From contig JBDSEP010000029.1 in NCBI GenBank assembly GCA_039919985.1, positions 1 through 25,025 on the forward strand: DNA of 25,025 bases, read 5' to 3'. The DNA is from Tepidiformaceae bacterium (GTDB lineage Bacteria; Chloroflexota; Dehalococcoidia; Tepidiformales; Tepidiformaceae). Shown one piece after another: positions 1 through 9,099 of this stretch (the first letter of the stretch is position 1; each line of letters begins with the position of its first letter). Under the pieces are notes generated by a model. The model was not told the origin of the DNA. It worked only from the letters and a program-made list of their open reading frames with translations, and ran no database searches. The position numbers and the translations under genes were made by a program.

Positions 1-2
1 AC

Positions 3-131
3 GCCGGCCGCCTGATCGCTAGCGGCATCGCGCCTCGCCGCGCCTGCCAGGTCGCCATCACCTGGGCCCTGACGGACGACGTAGAGGTCCAGCGCAGCAT
101 TGAAGAAGTGGTGACGAGCATCTTCGAATGA
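3..131 (+). CDS. CbbQ/NirQ/NorQ-family (MoxR-type) AAA+ ATPase, C-terminal fragment (gene starts upstream of the window)
   Basis: Frame 3 reads AGRLIASGIAPRRACQVAITWALTDDVEVQRSIEEVVTSIFE-stop (TGA 129-131). This matches the CbbQ/NorQ C-terminal pattern (LIxxG..P..AC..AI...LTDD). A NorD/CbbO-like partner gene lies two genes downstream. Too short for the ORF track; translated by hand. Confidence 0.8.
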   Translation, partial: AGRLIASGIAPRRACQVAITWALTDDVEVQRSIEEVVTSIFE

Positions 132-138
132 AGGCCGA

Positions 139-301
139 AGTTCCGAAAAGCGAGTCCCGAGGACGGCTCTGGACGGTGGCTACACCGACCGCCTGATGTC
201 TAACTCGCTTTATGAACAGACTTCGGAACTAGGACACAACCTGGCGAGCCTCAAGGCATCGCTTGATGGCACTCGGGCCTCGGGACTAGGAACTCGGGAC
301 T
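139..301. repeat. Intergenic heptamer-repeat element with imperfect terminal inverted repeats
   Basis: 271-301 is ACTCGGG CCTCGGG ACTAGGA ACTCGGG ACT (7-nt period). 139-162 is an inverted, degenerate copy (AGTTCCG AAAAGCG AGTCCCG AGG). A further partial copy lies at 221-235. Confidence 0.7.
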
Positions 302-302
302 T

Positions 303-914
303 GTGAAGCTCGCCATCGTCTCGGATATCCACTGCAACATCCTCGGTCTCGAGCGCGCGCTGGAGTTGATGGCACCGTTCGACGAACTCTGGTGCGCGGG
401 AGACAGCGTCTTCCAGTTTCGCTGGTCGAACGAGGTTGTTGGGCGGCTGCGGGAGCTGAACGCGCACGTCGTTCTCGGGAACCACGAAGAGACCATCCTG
501 GGGCCCGATGGCGCGCGTGCTCTGGCTTCAACGACGGTAGACCAGGAGCTCGTGGAGTGGCTGCGGCTCCAACCCTACCGCATCGAGGCTGAAGTCGGCG
601 GCAAACGTGTACTGATGACCCATGGGTCTCCCTGGGACCCGTGGAAGGAGTACCACTACCCGCACGAAAATGTCTGGGCGAAGGCGGCGACGCTCGACTG
701 CGATGCCCTTATCGTGGGCCATACGCACTTCAAAATGGCTCAGAGATACGGCCGAGTGCTTGTCATAAATCCGGGCTCAACGGGCGACCCGCGAGACCAC
801 CGCAACGAGTTCCAACTCTCCGCGGCAACGTGGGACACGACAACAGACGAGGTTCTCTTCTACGATTACAAGGATCCGACGCGTAACTTCGTGAGCCATT
901 CGGGGCAGTTGTGA
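303..914 (+). CDS. Calcineurin-like metallophosphoesterase (YfcE/MJ0936-like)
   Basis: Motifs SDIH, AGD, GNHE, THGSP, GHTH and NPGS appear in canonical order; GTG start. Confidence 0.9.
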   Translation: MKLAIVSDIHCNILGLERALELMAPFDELWCAGDSVFQFRWSNEVVGRLRELNAHVVLGNHEETILGPDGARALASTTVDQELVEWLRLQPYRIEAEVGGKRVLMTHGSPWDPWKEYHYPHENVWAKAATLDCDALIVGHTHFKMAQRYGRVLVINPGSTGDPRDHRNEFQLSAATWDTTTDEVLFYDYKDPTRNFVSHSGQL

Positions 915-999
915 GATTCGCAATGCACCCCGCAGGCGCGCCCTCGAACGCAGCGAGGGCCGGGAGAGAAACCACAGGCGTGCCGAACAGGGAGAAAGC

Positions 1000-3900
1000 A
1001 TGAGCATTGTCGGAGAACTGATCGCGCGGAACCATGAGCGGCTCTCGGGATTCCCCGCACCACTCCAGCAACACTACGAAGCCGGGCTGCGGGCGCTCAT
1101 GCCGCGCCTCTCGCCATCGCAACTCCAGATTTGGTCGGAGACAGGCGTCGAGTTGACGAGCCTCAGCCTGCGCTCCTGGGAAGCGGCAGTGGAATACTTC
1201 AAGGCGGGCGCGGCTTTCCCCGAGAACATCACCTGGGACGCGATCGAAAGCCTGGGACGCGAATCGGTCCAGATGGCGGGCGAATCCGCACCACTCGCCG
1301 TCTCCTTCCTCCGCTCTGCCCCCGCCGCCATCCGGACCGTTGGTCCTGGTCACGTCCGTCAGTGGGCAGACCTTGGTCGGCGGCTCTACAAGGGTAATTG
1401 GAAGAGCTCTTCGCTGGCGGCCCAGTTCTATGACCTCGGCCCGGCGCTCTTTGAGGTGATGCGCATCAGCCAGGCGGCGCGACTGGTGCTCTTCATCGAC
1501 GAACTCTCGAGGCACAGCTACGAGCTTGCTTCTGCCTGCCTGGCGACCGCCCCCAGCGTCATGAAGAAGCTGGACGACGACGACCGGCTCCCCTTCCTTT
1601 CGTTCGCCGTGGAGCTCGCGCAATCAAGCTGGGCCGATTCGCGGCTCTACTTCGAACGCGGCGCAGTTCTGCTGCAGAAGGTCCACTCGCCCGTCCGGGA
1701 GCGCTACCTGCTGCTCTCCGCCCAGGTTGCGCGCGGCCACAACCGGTCGGCGTTCCAGTATTTCGAAGAGGCCGCGGTGGCCCTCGCAGAACTTGAGCCG
1801 GATGACCACAACCAGGTCATCGAGTTGGCGGAACAGCTCGCTCCCCACTCACCCTTCGCGGCCATGGACTTCCTCAGCAGTTCGCCGCGCGTGCTGGAGC
1901 GCATTCGTGTCGATGAGCTCGAGCCCTGGCACGCGGCGGGCATGAAGATCCTCCAGGCCAGCCACGATGGCGGCGAAGCGTACTTCCGGCTCCAATCCAC
2001 GCGCGGCGAAGATATTCTCGATACGCTCTCCGCCCGAGTGGAGCTCTCCAAAGTGGGGGAGATCTTGCGGCTCTACTGCAAGGCGCTCACGGGCAAGAAT
2101 CTGAGCATCCAGACCACGAGTTCGCTCGCCGAAAAAGGCATCGGCTGGGTGGATGAACACCGTTCGAGCACCGAAGGCAGCACGATCTTCCTCCCAGAAC
2201 TGATGGAGAAGTACCCTGAGAAGGAAGAGAATTTCGCTTCCATCAAGGTGTTCGCCACCCACCAGGCTGCGCACATCGAATTCGGTAGCTTCGAGTTTTC
2301 GTGGGACCGGCCCGGTAACCTGCTGGGCAACAGCCGCGAAGCATTGACGCTCGCCGGGGGGGCGGCGGCGACCACTGACATGGAGCGCTTCTTCGACCTC
2401 TTCCCAGACCGCAAACTCGCGAGCGACCTCTACACGATTGCCGAGGACGCGCGCATAGATGGGGCGATCAAGCGCGAGTATGGCGGCATCCGGCGGCCTC
2501 TGATGCGAATGCAATCTGCAGAACTCCTTATCCGCCCGAACGTCCGAGAGCTTCCGTTGCGCCAGGGATTCGTGGAGAACCTGGTGCGCGCCAGCCTGGA
2601 CGCGGGCGATTCCATCCTCTGGCCGAAGGACCGCGCCGAGTCGATGGGTCAGGCGCTCGGGCTGCTCAAGGAGGTGGCAACGGCCGGGGCGCTCGTGGAG
2701 GACGCGGCGGAGGCAACCATGCGCCTCTACCGCCTGGCCATCTCCATCCCGAACACCTTCGAAAACCAGGAGATCGACTGGGAAAACGTGGACCCGATGG
2801 AGCCCGGCGAGGGTGGCCAGATGGCTCCCGGCGAGCAGGGCGGCGAGGGCGGCTCGACCCAGATGGGCGACGTGGGCGAGGGCGACGAAAACTACGAGAG
2901 TCCGCAGGAGGTCGATTTCCGAGGGGACTTCAAGCCAGAACTCGTCCAGCTCCTCATGAAGCTGAAGCAGGACGCGATGGGTGGCGACGCTGGCAAGATG
3001 TCACCGGTCCCGCTGACACCGGAACAGCTCGCCGAACTGCTCGAAAAGAGCGTCGAGATCAACCTCGATTCGCTCATGGACGGGGACCTCGACGCGAGCA
3101 GCGGCATGTTCATGTCCAACCTTATGAAGGAAGCGGGCCAGCAAGCGAAGGACTCGGCGCAGAAGGGTGACCCGACAAGCGACGCCAGCACTGGCGAGGA
3201 GCCAGGCGAAGAGGACCTGATCCCCATCGTCACCGTTTACTACTACGATGAGTGGGACTTCCGGGCTCAGGATTACAAACCCCGCTGGTGCGCGGTCAAA
3301 GAATCGAAGCTCGAACAGGGGACCGAAAACTTCTACGAAAACGCTCTGCGCGAACACGCCGGACTGGTAGCGCAGACGCGTAAGCAGTTCGAGCTGATGA
3401 AGCCCGAGATGTTCCGCAAGATTAAGCGCTTGCCGGACGGCGAAGACTTCGATCTGGACGCCGCAATCGAATGGACGATTGAGCACCGCGCGGGCGTCAA
3501 CCCCAGCGACAAAATCTACTGGCGCCGGAACAAGATCGACCGGGATGTGGCCGTCGCCTTCCTGATCGACATGTCCGCCAGCACTGACGAAGAGATCAAC
3601 AAGCGCGAGAAGAAGTACGACGAGGACGACTACGACGACGACCCTCGCAAGTACCTCAGCTGGTGGGTTTCGAAGCGTCGCCAGGAGCTCACAAGCCCGC
3701 CGAAGCGCATCATCGACCTCGAAAAGGAGTCTGCCGTCCTCCTGATGACAGCGCTCGAAACGATCGGCGACCAGTACGGCATCTACGGTTTCAGCGGCTA
3801 CGGCCGGGATAACGTCGAGTTCTTCGTAATCAAGGACTTCGATGAGAACTTGGACCAGCCGATCAAGAACCGGCTGGACAAGATCACGCCGATTCGCTCA

Positions 3901-4230
3901 ACGCGCATGGGCCCGGCGATCCGCCACGCGACCCATAAGCTGCAACTGACAGATGCGAAGGTGAAGATCCTCTTCTTGCTGAGCGATGGCCGTCCCCAGG
4001 ACCATGGCTACGGGCGTGACCGTACGGAGAAGGAGTACGCGATCCACGACACGAAGCAGGCGCTCAACGAAGCGAAGCGCGTGGGCATCACTCCGTTCGC
4101 CCTTACCGTGGACCGGGCCGGCCATGACTATCTGAAGACCATGTGCGAGGACATGGGGTACGAGGTCGTGGCGGACATTGAGTCGCTTCCAAGCCGCCTG
4201 CCTCAGCTCTACCGCCGTCTGACCGAATAG
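1000..4230 (+). CDS. Large NorD/CbbO-like VWA-domain protein (AAA+ adaptor), 1076 aa
   Basis: C-terminal VWA with MIDAS DMSAS, TRMGPAIRHA and LSDGRPQD. CbbO/NorD-type YYYDEWDFRAQDYKPRWC and DGEDFDLDAAI segments are present. GGAG SD before the ATG; CbbQ-type ATPase upstream. Confidence 0.88.
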   Translation: MSIVGELIARNHERLSGFPAPLQQHYEAGLRALMPRLSPSQLQIWSETGVELTSLSLRSWEAAVEYFKAGAAFPENITWDAIESLGRESVQMAGESAPLAVSFLRSAPAAIRTVGPGHVRQWADLGRRLYKGNWKSSSLAAQFYDLGPALFEVMRISQAARLVLFIDELSRHSYELASACLATAPSVMKKLDDDDRLPFLSFAVELAQSSWADSRLYFERGAVLLQKVHSPVRERYLLLSAQVARGHNRSAFQYFEEAAVALAELEPDDHNQVIELAEQLAPHSPFAAMDFLSSSPRVLERIRVDELEPWHAAGMKILQASHDGGEAYFRLQSTRGEDILDTLSARVELSKVGEILRLYCKALTGKNLSIQTTSSLAEKGIGWVDEHRSSTEGSTIFLPELMEKYPEKEENFASIKVFATHQAAHIEFGSFEFSWDRPGNLLGNSREALTLAGGAAATTDMERFFDLFPDRKLASDLYTIAEDARIDGAIKREYGGIRRPLMRMQSAELLIRPNVRELPLRQGFVENLVRASLDAGDSILWPKDRAESMGQALGLLKEVATAGALVEDAAEATMRLYRLAISIPNTFENQEIDWENVDPMEPGEGGQMAPGEQGGEGGSTQMGDVGEGDENYESPQEVDFRGDFKPELVQLLMKLKQDAMGGDAGKMSPVPLTPEQLAELLEKSVEINLDSLMDGDLDASSGMFMSNLMKEAGQQAKDSAQKGDPTSDASTGEEPGEEDLIPIVTVYYYDEWDFRAQDYKPRWCAVKESKLEQGTENFYENALREHAGLVAQTRKQFELMKPEMFRKIKRLPDGEDFDLDAAIEWTIEHRAGVNPSDKIYWRRNKIDRDVAVAFLIDMSASTDEEINKREKKYDEDDYDDDPRKYLSWWVSKRRQELTSPPKRIIDLEKESAVLLMTALETIGDQYGIYGFSGYGRDNVEFFVIKDFDENLDQPIKNRLDKITPIRSTRMGPAIRHATHKLQLTDAKVKILFLLSDGRPQDHGYGRDRTEKEYAIHDTKQALNEAKRVGITPFALTVDRAGHDYLKTMCEDMGYEVVADIESLPSRLPQLYRRLTE

Positions 4231-4375
4231 CGGAACCAATCACGCATAATGGGTTCGGCGCGCTTGGAGCGAGATTGGATTGACGGGTGGGGCAAGGTCA
4301 GTGACACAGCCTGAGAGAACGACGTCGACGATTAGCCACCGACAGTACCCGCTCGGCCCGGGTGGCTGACCGCCC

Positions 4376-5005
4376 TTGCCACTCATTCTCGTCCGCCACG
4401 GTGAATCGGAAGCAAATGCCAGGGGCATCATCCAGGGGCGCCTTGATTTCGGCCTCAGTGAGCTCGGGCGCTTACAGGCGCAGCGTACCGCCGAGCGTTT
4501 CGCTGAACGGAACATCAGTGCACTCGTCACGAGCCCCTTGCTCCGTGCAGCCCAGACTGCGGACATCATCGGGGCGGCGCGTGGCATGATTCCCGTGGCC
4601 GAGCCCGCACTGGTGGAGTACGACGTGGGCGAGATCAGCGGGCTCACCGGCGCGGAGATCCGCGAGCGCCATCCAGGTGCCATCGCCGCGTACGCTCGAG
4701 GTGAGCGCCCACGTTACCCGGGTGAGGAGGGCCGGAGCGTGTTCCGTGCGCGCCTGGAGGATGTGCTGGCAAGGCTCACCGCTGGGGACCCTGCCGAGAC
4801 AATTATCGCCGTCGCCCACGGAGGGGTGGTGAGCGCGGTCTGCCACCTGCTAGTGGGTCTCGACCTCGATCGGCCGGGCATCTTCCAGGTCGCGAACTGT
4901 TCGGTTACCACGGTTGGCCGCGAGCGTTCGGGTCGGCTGACGATTGCTGGGCACAACGATGTCTGTCACCTCGCTGGCATCGTTTCTACACCGGACCGCG
5001 GCTGA
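4376..5005 (+). CDS. Histidine phosphatase family protein (GpmB/CobC-like)
   Basis: RHGES..N, SPLLRAAQTA, E-x-D-x-G, VAHGG and NCS motifs; TTG start. Confidence 0.9.
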   Translation: MPLILVRHGESEANARGIIQGRLDFGLSELGRLQAQRTAERFAERNISALVTSPLLRAAQTADIIGAARGMIPVAEPALVEYDVGEISGLTGAEIRERHPGAIAAYARGERPRYPGEEGRSVFRARLEDVLARLTAGDPAETIIAVAHGGVVSAVCHLLVGLDLDRPGIFQVANCSVTTVGRERSGRLTIAGHNDVCHLAGIVSTPDRG

Positions 5006-5009
5006 AGCG

Positions 5010-5342
5010 CTACGACGATTTGTTCTGGCGTTCCTGTAATTCGAGCACGGTGTTAGCGATCAGACGAGCGTGGGGGAACGGCTTCCAGCCCTGCGGCGTG
5101 TTGTAGTATCGGGTGCCGCTCTGGTATTCGTCGGGTTCACGGTCCCCGTATTCCACGTCAACGCCGTCGACGCGAATGCTCGGGCTCCCCAGGAAACGCT
5201 TGGTCTTCGCATCCTCCATGCCATCGACTTCGGTGTAGACGACCTCGATGGCTGGGTCCGTTGCCTCAAGCGCGAGTTGAAGCGCTTCTTCGGCCTCCTT
5301 GCTGCGCCCGGTAGCCTTCGAGTAGAGAAATTCAATCTTCAT
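5010..5342 (-). CDS. Thioredoxin-like DUF2703-type protein lacking cysteines
   Basis: MKIEFLY...FLGSPSIRVDGVD...RYY pattern. The ATG at 5342 overlaps the rarA stop by 11 nt and is preferred over the longer ORF-track start at 5387. Confidence 0.7.
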   Translation of the reverse strand: MKIEFLYSKATGRSKEAEEALQLALEATDPAIEVVYTEVDGMEDAKTKRFLGSPSIRVDGVDVEYGDREPDEYQSGTRYYNTPQGWKPFPHARLIANTVLELQERQNKSS

Positions 5343-6711
5343 CGGTGGTTGCTTCGTCCCCAGGAGAGAGTTCGGGTCGGCCGGCAAGCCGGAGCTTCCG
5401 CAGGCGCTCGGCGGCGGCCGCTTCGAATCCTAGGCGGCCGGGCAGGTAATAGTGGGCCTCGGCCAGTTGTTCGGGCAAGTAGCTCGCGTGCGAATCGAAA
5501 TGGGATGGCGATTCGTGCGCCGACCGATAGCCCTCTCCGTAGCCAAACTGGCGCATCAACCCCGTCACCGCGTTCCGCAGGTGCATCGGGACCGGCAAAT
5601 TCGACGTTCGAACCGCGTCTTCCTGTGCTCGCAGGTAGCCCGCGTAGGCGCTGTTACTCTTCGGCGCCAACGCCAGGTAGACGCAGCATTCAGCCATCGG
5701 CAGGAAGCCTTCGGGCATTCCGATGAAGTGGACCGCCTGCTGGCAGGCGACAGCCAACACGAGCGCCTGCGGATCGGCGAGCCCCACGTCTTCGGCCGCG
5801 AGGATGACGAGTCGACGCACGACGAAGAGCGGGTCTTCGCCCGCCTCGATCATGCGCGCCAGCCAGTAAAGCGCCGCATCCGGGTCCGAACCTCGAATGG
5901 ACTTGATGAACGCTGACACCGTGTCGTAGTGGAAATCGGACTGCTTGTCGTAGTACGGCCGACGGTCCTGGAGGGCTTCCTTGATCAGTGCAGGGCCGAT
6001 GACCGTGACGTCGGACGCATAGGCGCTGTCCGCGGCGATCTCGAGCGCTGTGAGGGCGGCACGAGCGTCGCCGTTCGCTCCTTCGATGAGGATAGCCAGG
6101 GCAGGGGAGTCGATGCTCAGCCGAAGCTTGCCAAGTCCACGCTCATCGTCCTCGAGAGCCAGCCGTACAACCTCGGCCAGGTTCTCGTCCGAAAGTCCGG
6201 CGAGGCGGATGACGCGTACTCGGCTGAGCAGCGGCGCTACCACTTCGAACGAGGGATTCTCGGTGGTAGCACCTATCAGTGTGATGGTGCCGTCCTCCAC
6301 GTGCGGAAGGATGACGTCCTGCTGGGCCTTGTTGAAGCGGTGAATCTCGTCGATGAACACCACCGTTCGTTGGCCGAGGCGCCTGCGCGTAGCCGCCTCC
6401 GCAACCACCTTGCGGAGCTCCGCCACACCGGATGACGTCGCTGAGATGGCGACGAACTCGGCGGTGACGTGATTCGCGAGGATGCGCGCGAGGGTGGTTT
6501 TTCCACAGCCCGGCGGACCCCAAAGGACGATCGAAGGAAGGTTGCCCCGCTTCACGGCCCCGCGCAGCATCGAGCCTTCGCCTATCGCCGCGCCCTGGCC
6601 GATGAACTGCTCCAGGGTGCGCGGCCGCATCCGTGCCGCCAGCGGAGCGTCTGGTGGCGGAGCGGGATTTTCCAGCTGAAATCCCCGCTGCAGGTGCGGT
6701 TCGTTAGTCAC
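5332..6711 (-). CDS. rarA: Replication-associated recombination protein A (RarA/MgsA)
   Basis: PLAARMRP, Walker A GPPGCGKT, Walker [52 protein letters not shown]. Confidence 0.95.
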   Translation of the reverse strand: MTNEPHLQRGFQLENPAPPPDAPLAARMRPRTLEQFIGQGAAIGEGSMLRGAVKRGNLPSIVLWGPPGCGKTTLARILANHVTAEFVAISATSSGVAELRKVVAEAATRRRLGQRTVVFIDEIHRFNKAQQDVILPHVEDGTITLIGATTENPSFEVVAPLLSRVRVIRLAGLSDENLAEVVRLALEDDERGLGKLRLSIDSPALAILIEGANGDARAALTALEIAADSAYASDVTVIGPALIKEALQDRRPYYDKQSDFHYDTVSAFIKSIRGSDPDAALYWLARMIEAGEDPLFVVRRLVILAAEDVGLADPQALVLAVACQQAVHFIGMPEGFLPMAECCVYLALAPKSNSAYAGYLRAQEDAVRTSNLPVPMHLRNAVTGLMRQFGYGEGYRSAHESPSHFDSHASYLPEQLAEAHYYLPGRLGFEAAAAERLRKLRLAGRPELSPGDEATTDED

Positions 6712-6720
6712 CGCTGCAGT

Positions 6721-9087
6721 CTATCCCGCCAGCAGGGCGATGGTGACGCCCTCGCCCCCCTCGTTGGGCGCTGCCGATTCGAACCGTCGCACGAGCGGGT
6801 GGCCGGTGAGTGCCTCACGGATAGCCGCGCGAAGTGCCCCGGTGCCTTTCCCGTGGATTATTCGCACGAACGGCAGGCCGGCGCGGAAGGCGCTGTCGAC
6901 GTACGTTTCGAACTGTTCCAGTGCGTCTTCGGCGCGCCGTCCGCGGAGGTCCAACTCCATTCCCACGGGCGGACCTGGGGCCACATAGGTCGCCACGGGC
7001 TGATTGCTCGCCGCCGGCAGTTCGATGCGGTCGATGCGGTCCACCGAGACCTTCATGCGCAGCGATCCAAATTGAACTTCCACGCGACCATCTTCGCCCA
7101 CGCCGCTGAGCGCCTCGCCGACCTGCGGGATGTCGCGAACGTGGATGCTATCGCCGCTCTGCACGTCGCGTTGAAGGGCAACGGGGCGCACGATCTCTGG
7201 CCGTTTCGGCCTGGCACGCACGGCGAGCTTCTCGATGTCGGAGTCGAGCTTCTTGAGCGTCTCCTCAGCGGCTCGCGTATCGAATTCCCGGTTGGCCGCA
7301 CGGCGGCGCAGTTCGTCCAACTGGCGGTGCGCGGCAGCCACGGCGTCTTCCGCTTCGCGATGAGCGCCAGCGAGAATAGTGGAGCGCTCCTGTTCGATTG
7401 TGTTACGCCGCTCGGCCAGCGCCACCCGCAGGTCTTCGGATTCGCGAGTGGCGAGTTCCTCGCGGCGGCGCGCGTCCGTCGCCGCCATCCGCTCGTCCCG
7501 GATCTCGGCGAGCAGTTGCTCCAGTTCGAAGTGCTCGGGTGTCAGTTGTGCTTCCGCCTTCTGCAGCACTTCGGCCTCCAAGCCGAGCCGCTGGGCAATG
7601 GCGAGGGCGTTCGACTGCCCTGGCAAGCCGATCGTCAGGTGGTAGGTTGGGCTGAGCGTCTCCAGGTTGAACTCCACGGACGCGTTTCGAAGCCGCGGGT
7701 CGTTGTGGGCGAAAGCCTTCAGCTCGCCGTGGTGAGTGGTCGCGACCAGCTTGCACCCGCGTTCGAGGAGCGTCTCGAGGATGGCTCGAGCGAGCGCGGC
7801 GCCTTCCGTCGGGTCTGTGCCGGCGCCCAGTTCGTCGAGCAGCACCAGTGTGCCCGGCGCGGCGTCCGCGAGGATGGCGATGACGTTGCGCATGTGCGAG
7901 GAAAAAGTGGAGAGCGACTGTTCGATCGATTGTTCGTCTCCGATATCGGCGTAGATGCGCTCGTAGCAGGCAAAGCGGCTGCCTTCATCACAAGGCACCG
8001 GAATGCCTGCCTGTGCCATCAGGGTCAGCAATCCCAGCGTCTTGAGCGCTACCGTTTTGCCGCCGGTGTTCGGCCCCGTGATGAGCACGCCATCGAACTC
8101 GCCTCCGACTTCGAGGTCTGTTGGGACCACATCCCCTCGCAGAAGCGGGTGTCGGCCCTTCACGATCACCGTCGCTCCGGAGGGCGTGAACCACGTTTCG
8201 ACTTCTCCGGCCGGCGGCAGTTGGGCCTTGACGCGCTTGCCGAATCGCACCTTTGCGCTGACCGCGTCTAACTGCCCGAGCGCCATTACCGACTGCTGGG
8301 CGGCGCTCGCGGACTCGCCGAGGATCGCGGTCAGGCGTTGGAGTACGCGACGCACCTCTCGCTGCTCGGCAAGCTGAAGCTCGCGCACCTGGTTCCCCGC
8401 CTCGACAACGCCGATTGGCTCGACGAACACCGTTGCGCCACTGGATGAGACGTCGTGCACGATTCCCGCAAGTTGGCCGCGGTAGTCGCTCTTCACGGGA
8501 ATAACCTTCCGCCCGTTCCTCTCGGTGATAATTCCCTCTTGCGCGATGCCCCGGCGGATCGCGTCGGCCATCGCTGCCTGCACGCGGTGCTCGAGCCGAT
8601 CCTGCGCCACGCGCAGCTCCCGCCTCGTACTCGCGAGCACATCGCTGGCACTATCCGCCACCTCCCCACGAGCAGTGATCGCGCGGTCGATCTCATCCGA
8701 AAATCGCCGGAAATCCGCGACCTGGTCGGTGATGCTTGCCAGCCTTGGAATCCGCGGACGGATCTTTTCGACTACGCCGCGGGCTCGCCAGGCGGTGCGC
8801 AGCGTCTGCGCCGAATCCACGAGGTCCGGCGCTTCAAGCACCTGGCCGATCTCCGCGGCGTGGATCACCGTCCGGACATCGCGCGCTCCAGCGAAGGGAA
8901 TATCGATCCCAAGCTGGTCGAGCACGCGCATCTCAGCCGTCAGGGAGAGCAGTTCGAAGGCTTCGCCGTAGTCGGTGGAGGGCCTCACCTGCAGGGCGAG
9001 TTCGCGCCCCACGCTGAAGGCCGTCTCACCAGCGAGAAGCTGTAGCACTTTCTCGAACTCGAGCACGCGCAGAGTGTGATCGTCCAC
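6721..9087 (-). CDS. mutS2: Endonuclease MutS2 (MutS ATPase + KOW + Smr domain)
   Basis: LRVLEF N-terminus, ITGPNTGGKT, DIGDEQSIEQSLSTFS, LDELGAGTDPTEG, TTHHGEL, and Smr domain LDLRG...IIHGKGTG. Confidence 0.95.
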   Translation of the reverse strand: MDDHTLRVLEFEKVLQLLAGETAFSVGRELALQVRPSTDYGEAFELLSLTAEMRVLDQLGIDIPFAGARDVRTVIHAAEIGQVLEAPDLVDSAQTLRTAWRARGVVEKIRPRIPRLASITDQVADFRRFSDEIDRAITARGEVADSASDVLASTRRELRVAQDRLEHRVQAAMADAIRRGIAQEGIITERNGRKVIPVKSDYRGQLAGIVHDVSSSGATVFVEPIGVVEAGNQVRELQLAEQREVRRVLQRLTAILGESASAAQQSVMALGQLDAVSAKVRFGKRVKAQLPPAGEVETWFTPSGATVIVKGRHPLLRGDVVPTDLEVGGEFDGVLITGPNTGGKTVALKTLGLLTLMAQAGIPVPCDEGSRFACYERIYADIGDEQSIEQSLSTFSSHMRNVIAILADAAPGTLVLLDELGAGTDPTEGAALARAILETLLERGCKLVATTHHGELKAFAHNDPRLRNASVEFNLETLSPTYHLTIGLPGQSNALAIAQRLGLEAEVLQKAEAQLTPEHFELEQLLAEIRDERMAATDARRREELATRESEDLRVALAERRNTIEQERSTILAGAHREAEDAVAAAHRQLDELRRRAANREFDTRAAEETLKKLDSDIEKLAVRARPKRPEIVRPVALQRDVQSGDSIHVRDIPQVGEALSGVGEDGRVEVQFGSLRMKVSVDRIDRIELPAASNQPVATYVAPGPPVGMELDLRGRRAEDALEQFETYVDSAFRAGLPFVRIIHGKGTGALRAAIREALTGHPLVRRFESAAPNEGGEGVTIALLAG

Positions 9088-9093
9088 CTGTTA

Positions 9094-9099
9094 AGAGTA
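9094..9099 (-). promoter_or_regulatory. -10 hexamer (TACTCT) 6 nt before the mutS2 GTG; leaderless-type promoter
   Basis: Minus strand reads TACTCT-TAACAG-GTG; no SD sequence. Confidence 0.55.

Noticed and set aside
4231-4375. Possible riboswitch before the histidine phosphatase (CTGAGA; 9-bp hairpin 4342-4369; antisense CTCTCAGG)
   Set aside because: The remaining TPP, glycine or cobalamin consensus elements are absent; only a generic hairpin near the RBS is supported.
6469-8271. 600-aa plus-strand ORF, and other long antisense ORFs (763-1623, 9266-10093, 20990-21946, 21968-22948)
   Set aside because: They lie antisense to well-supported genes and have no motifs; such shadow ORFs are expected at high GC.
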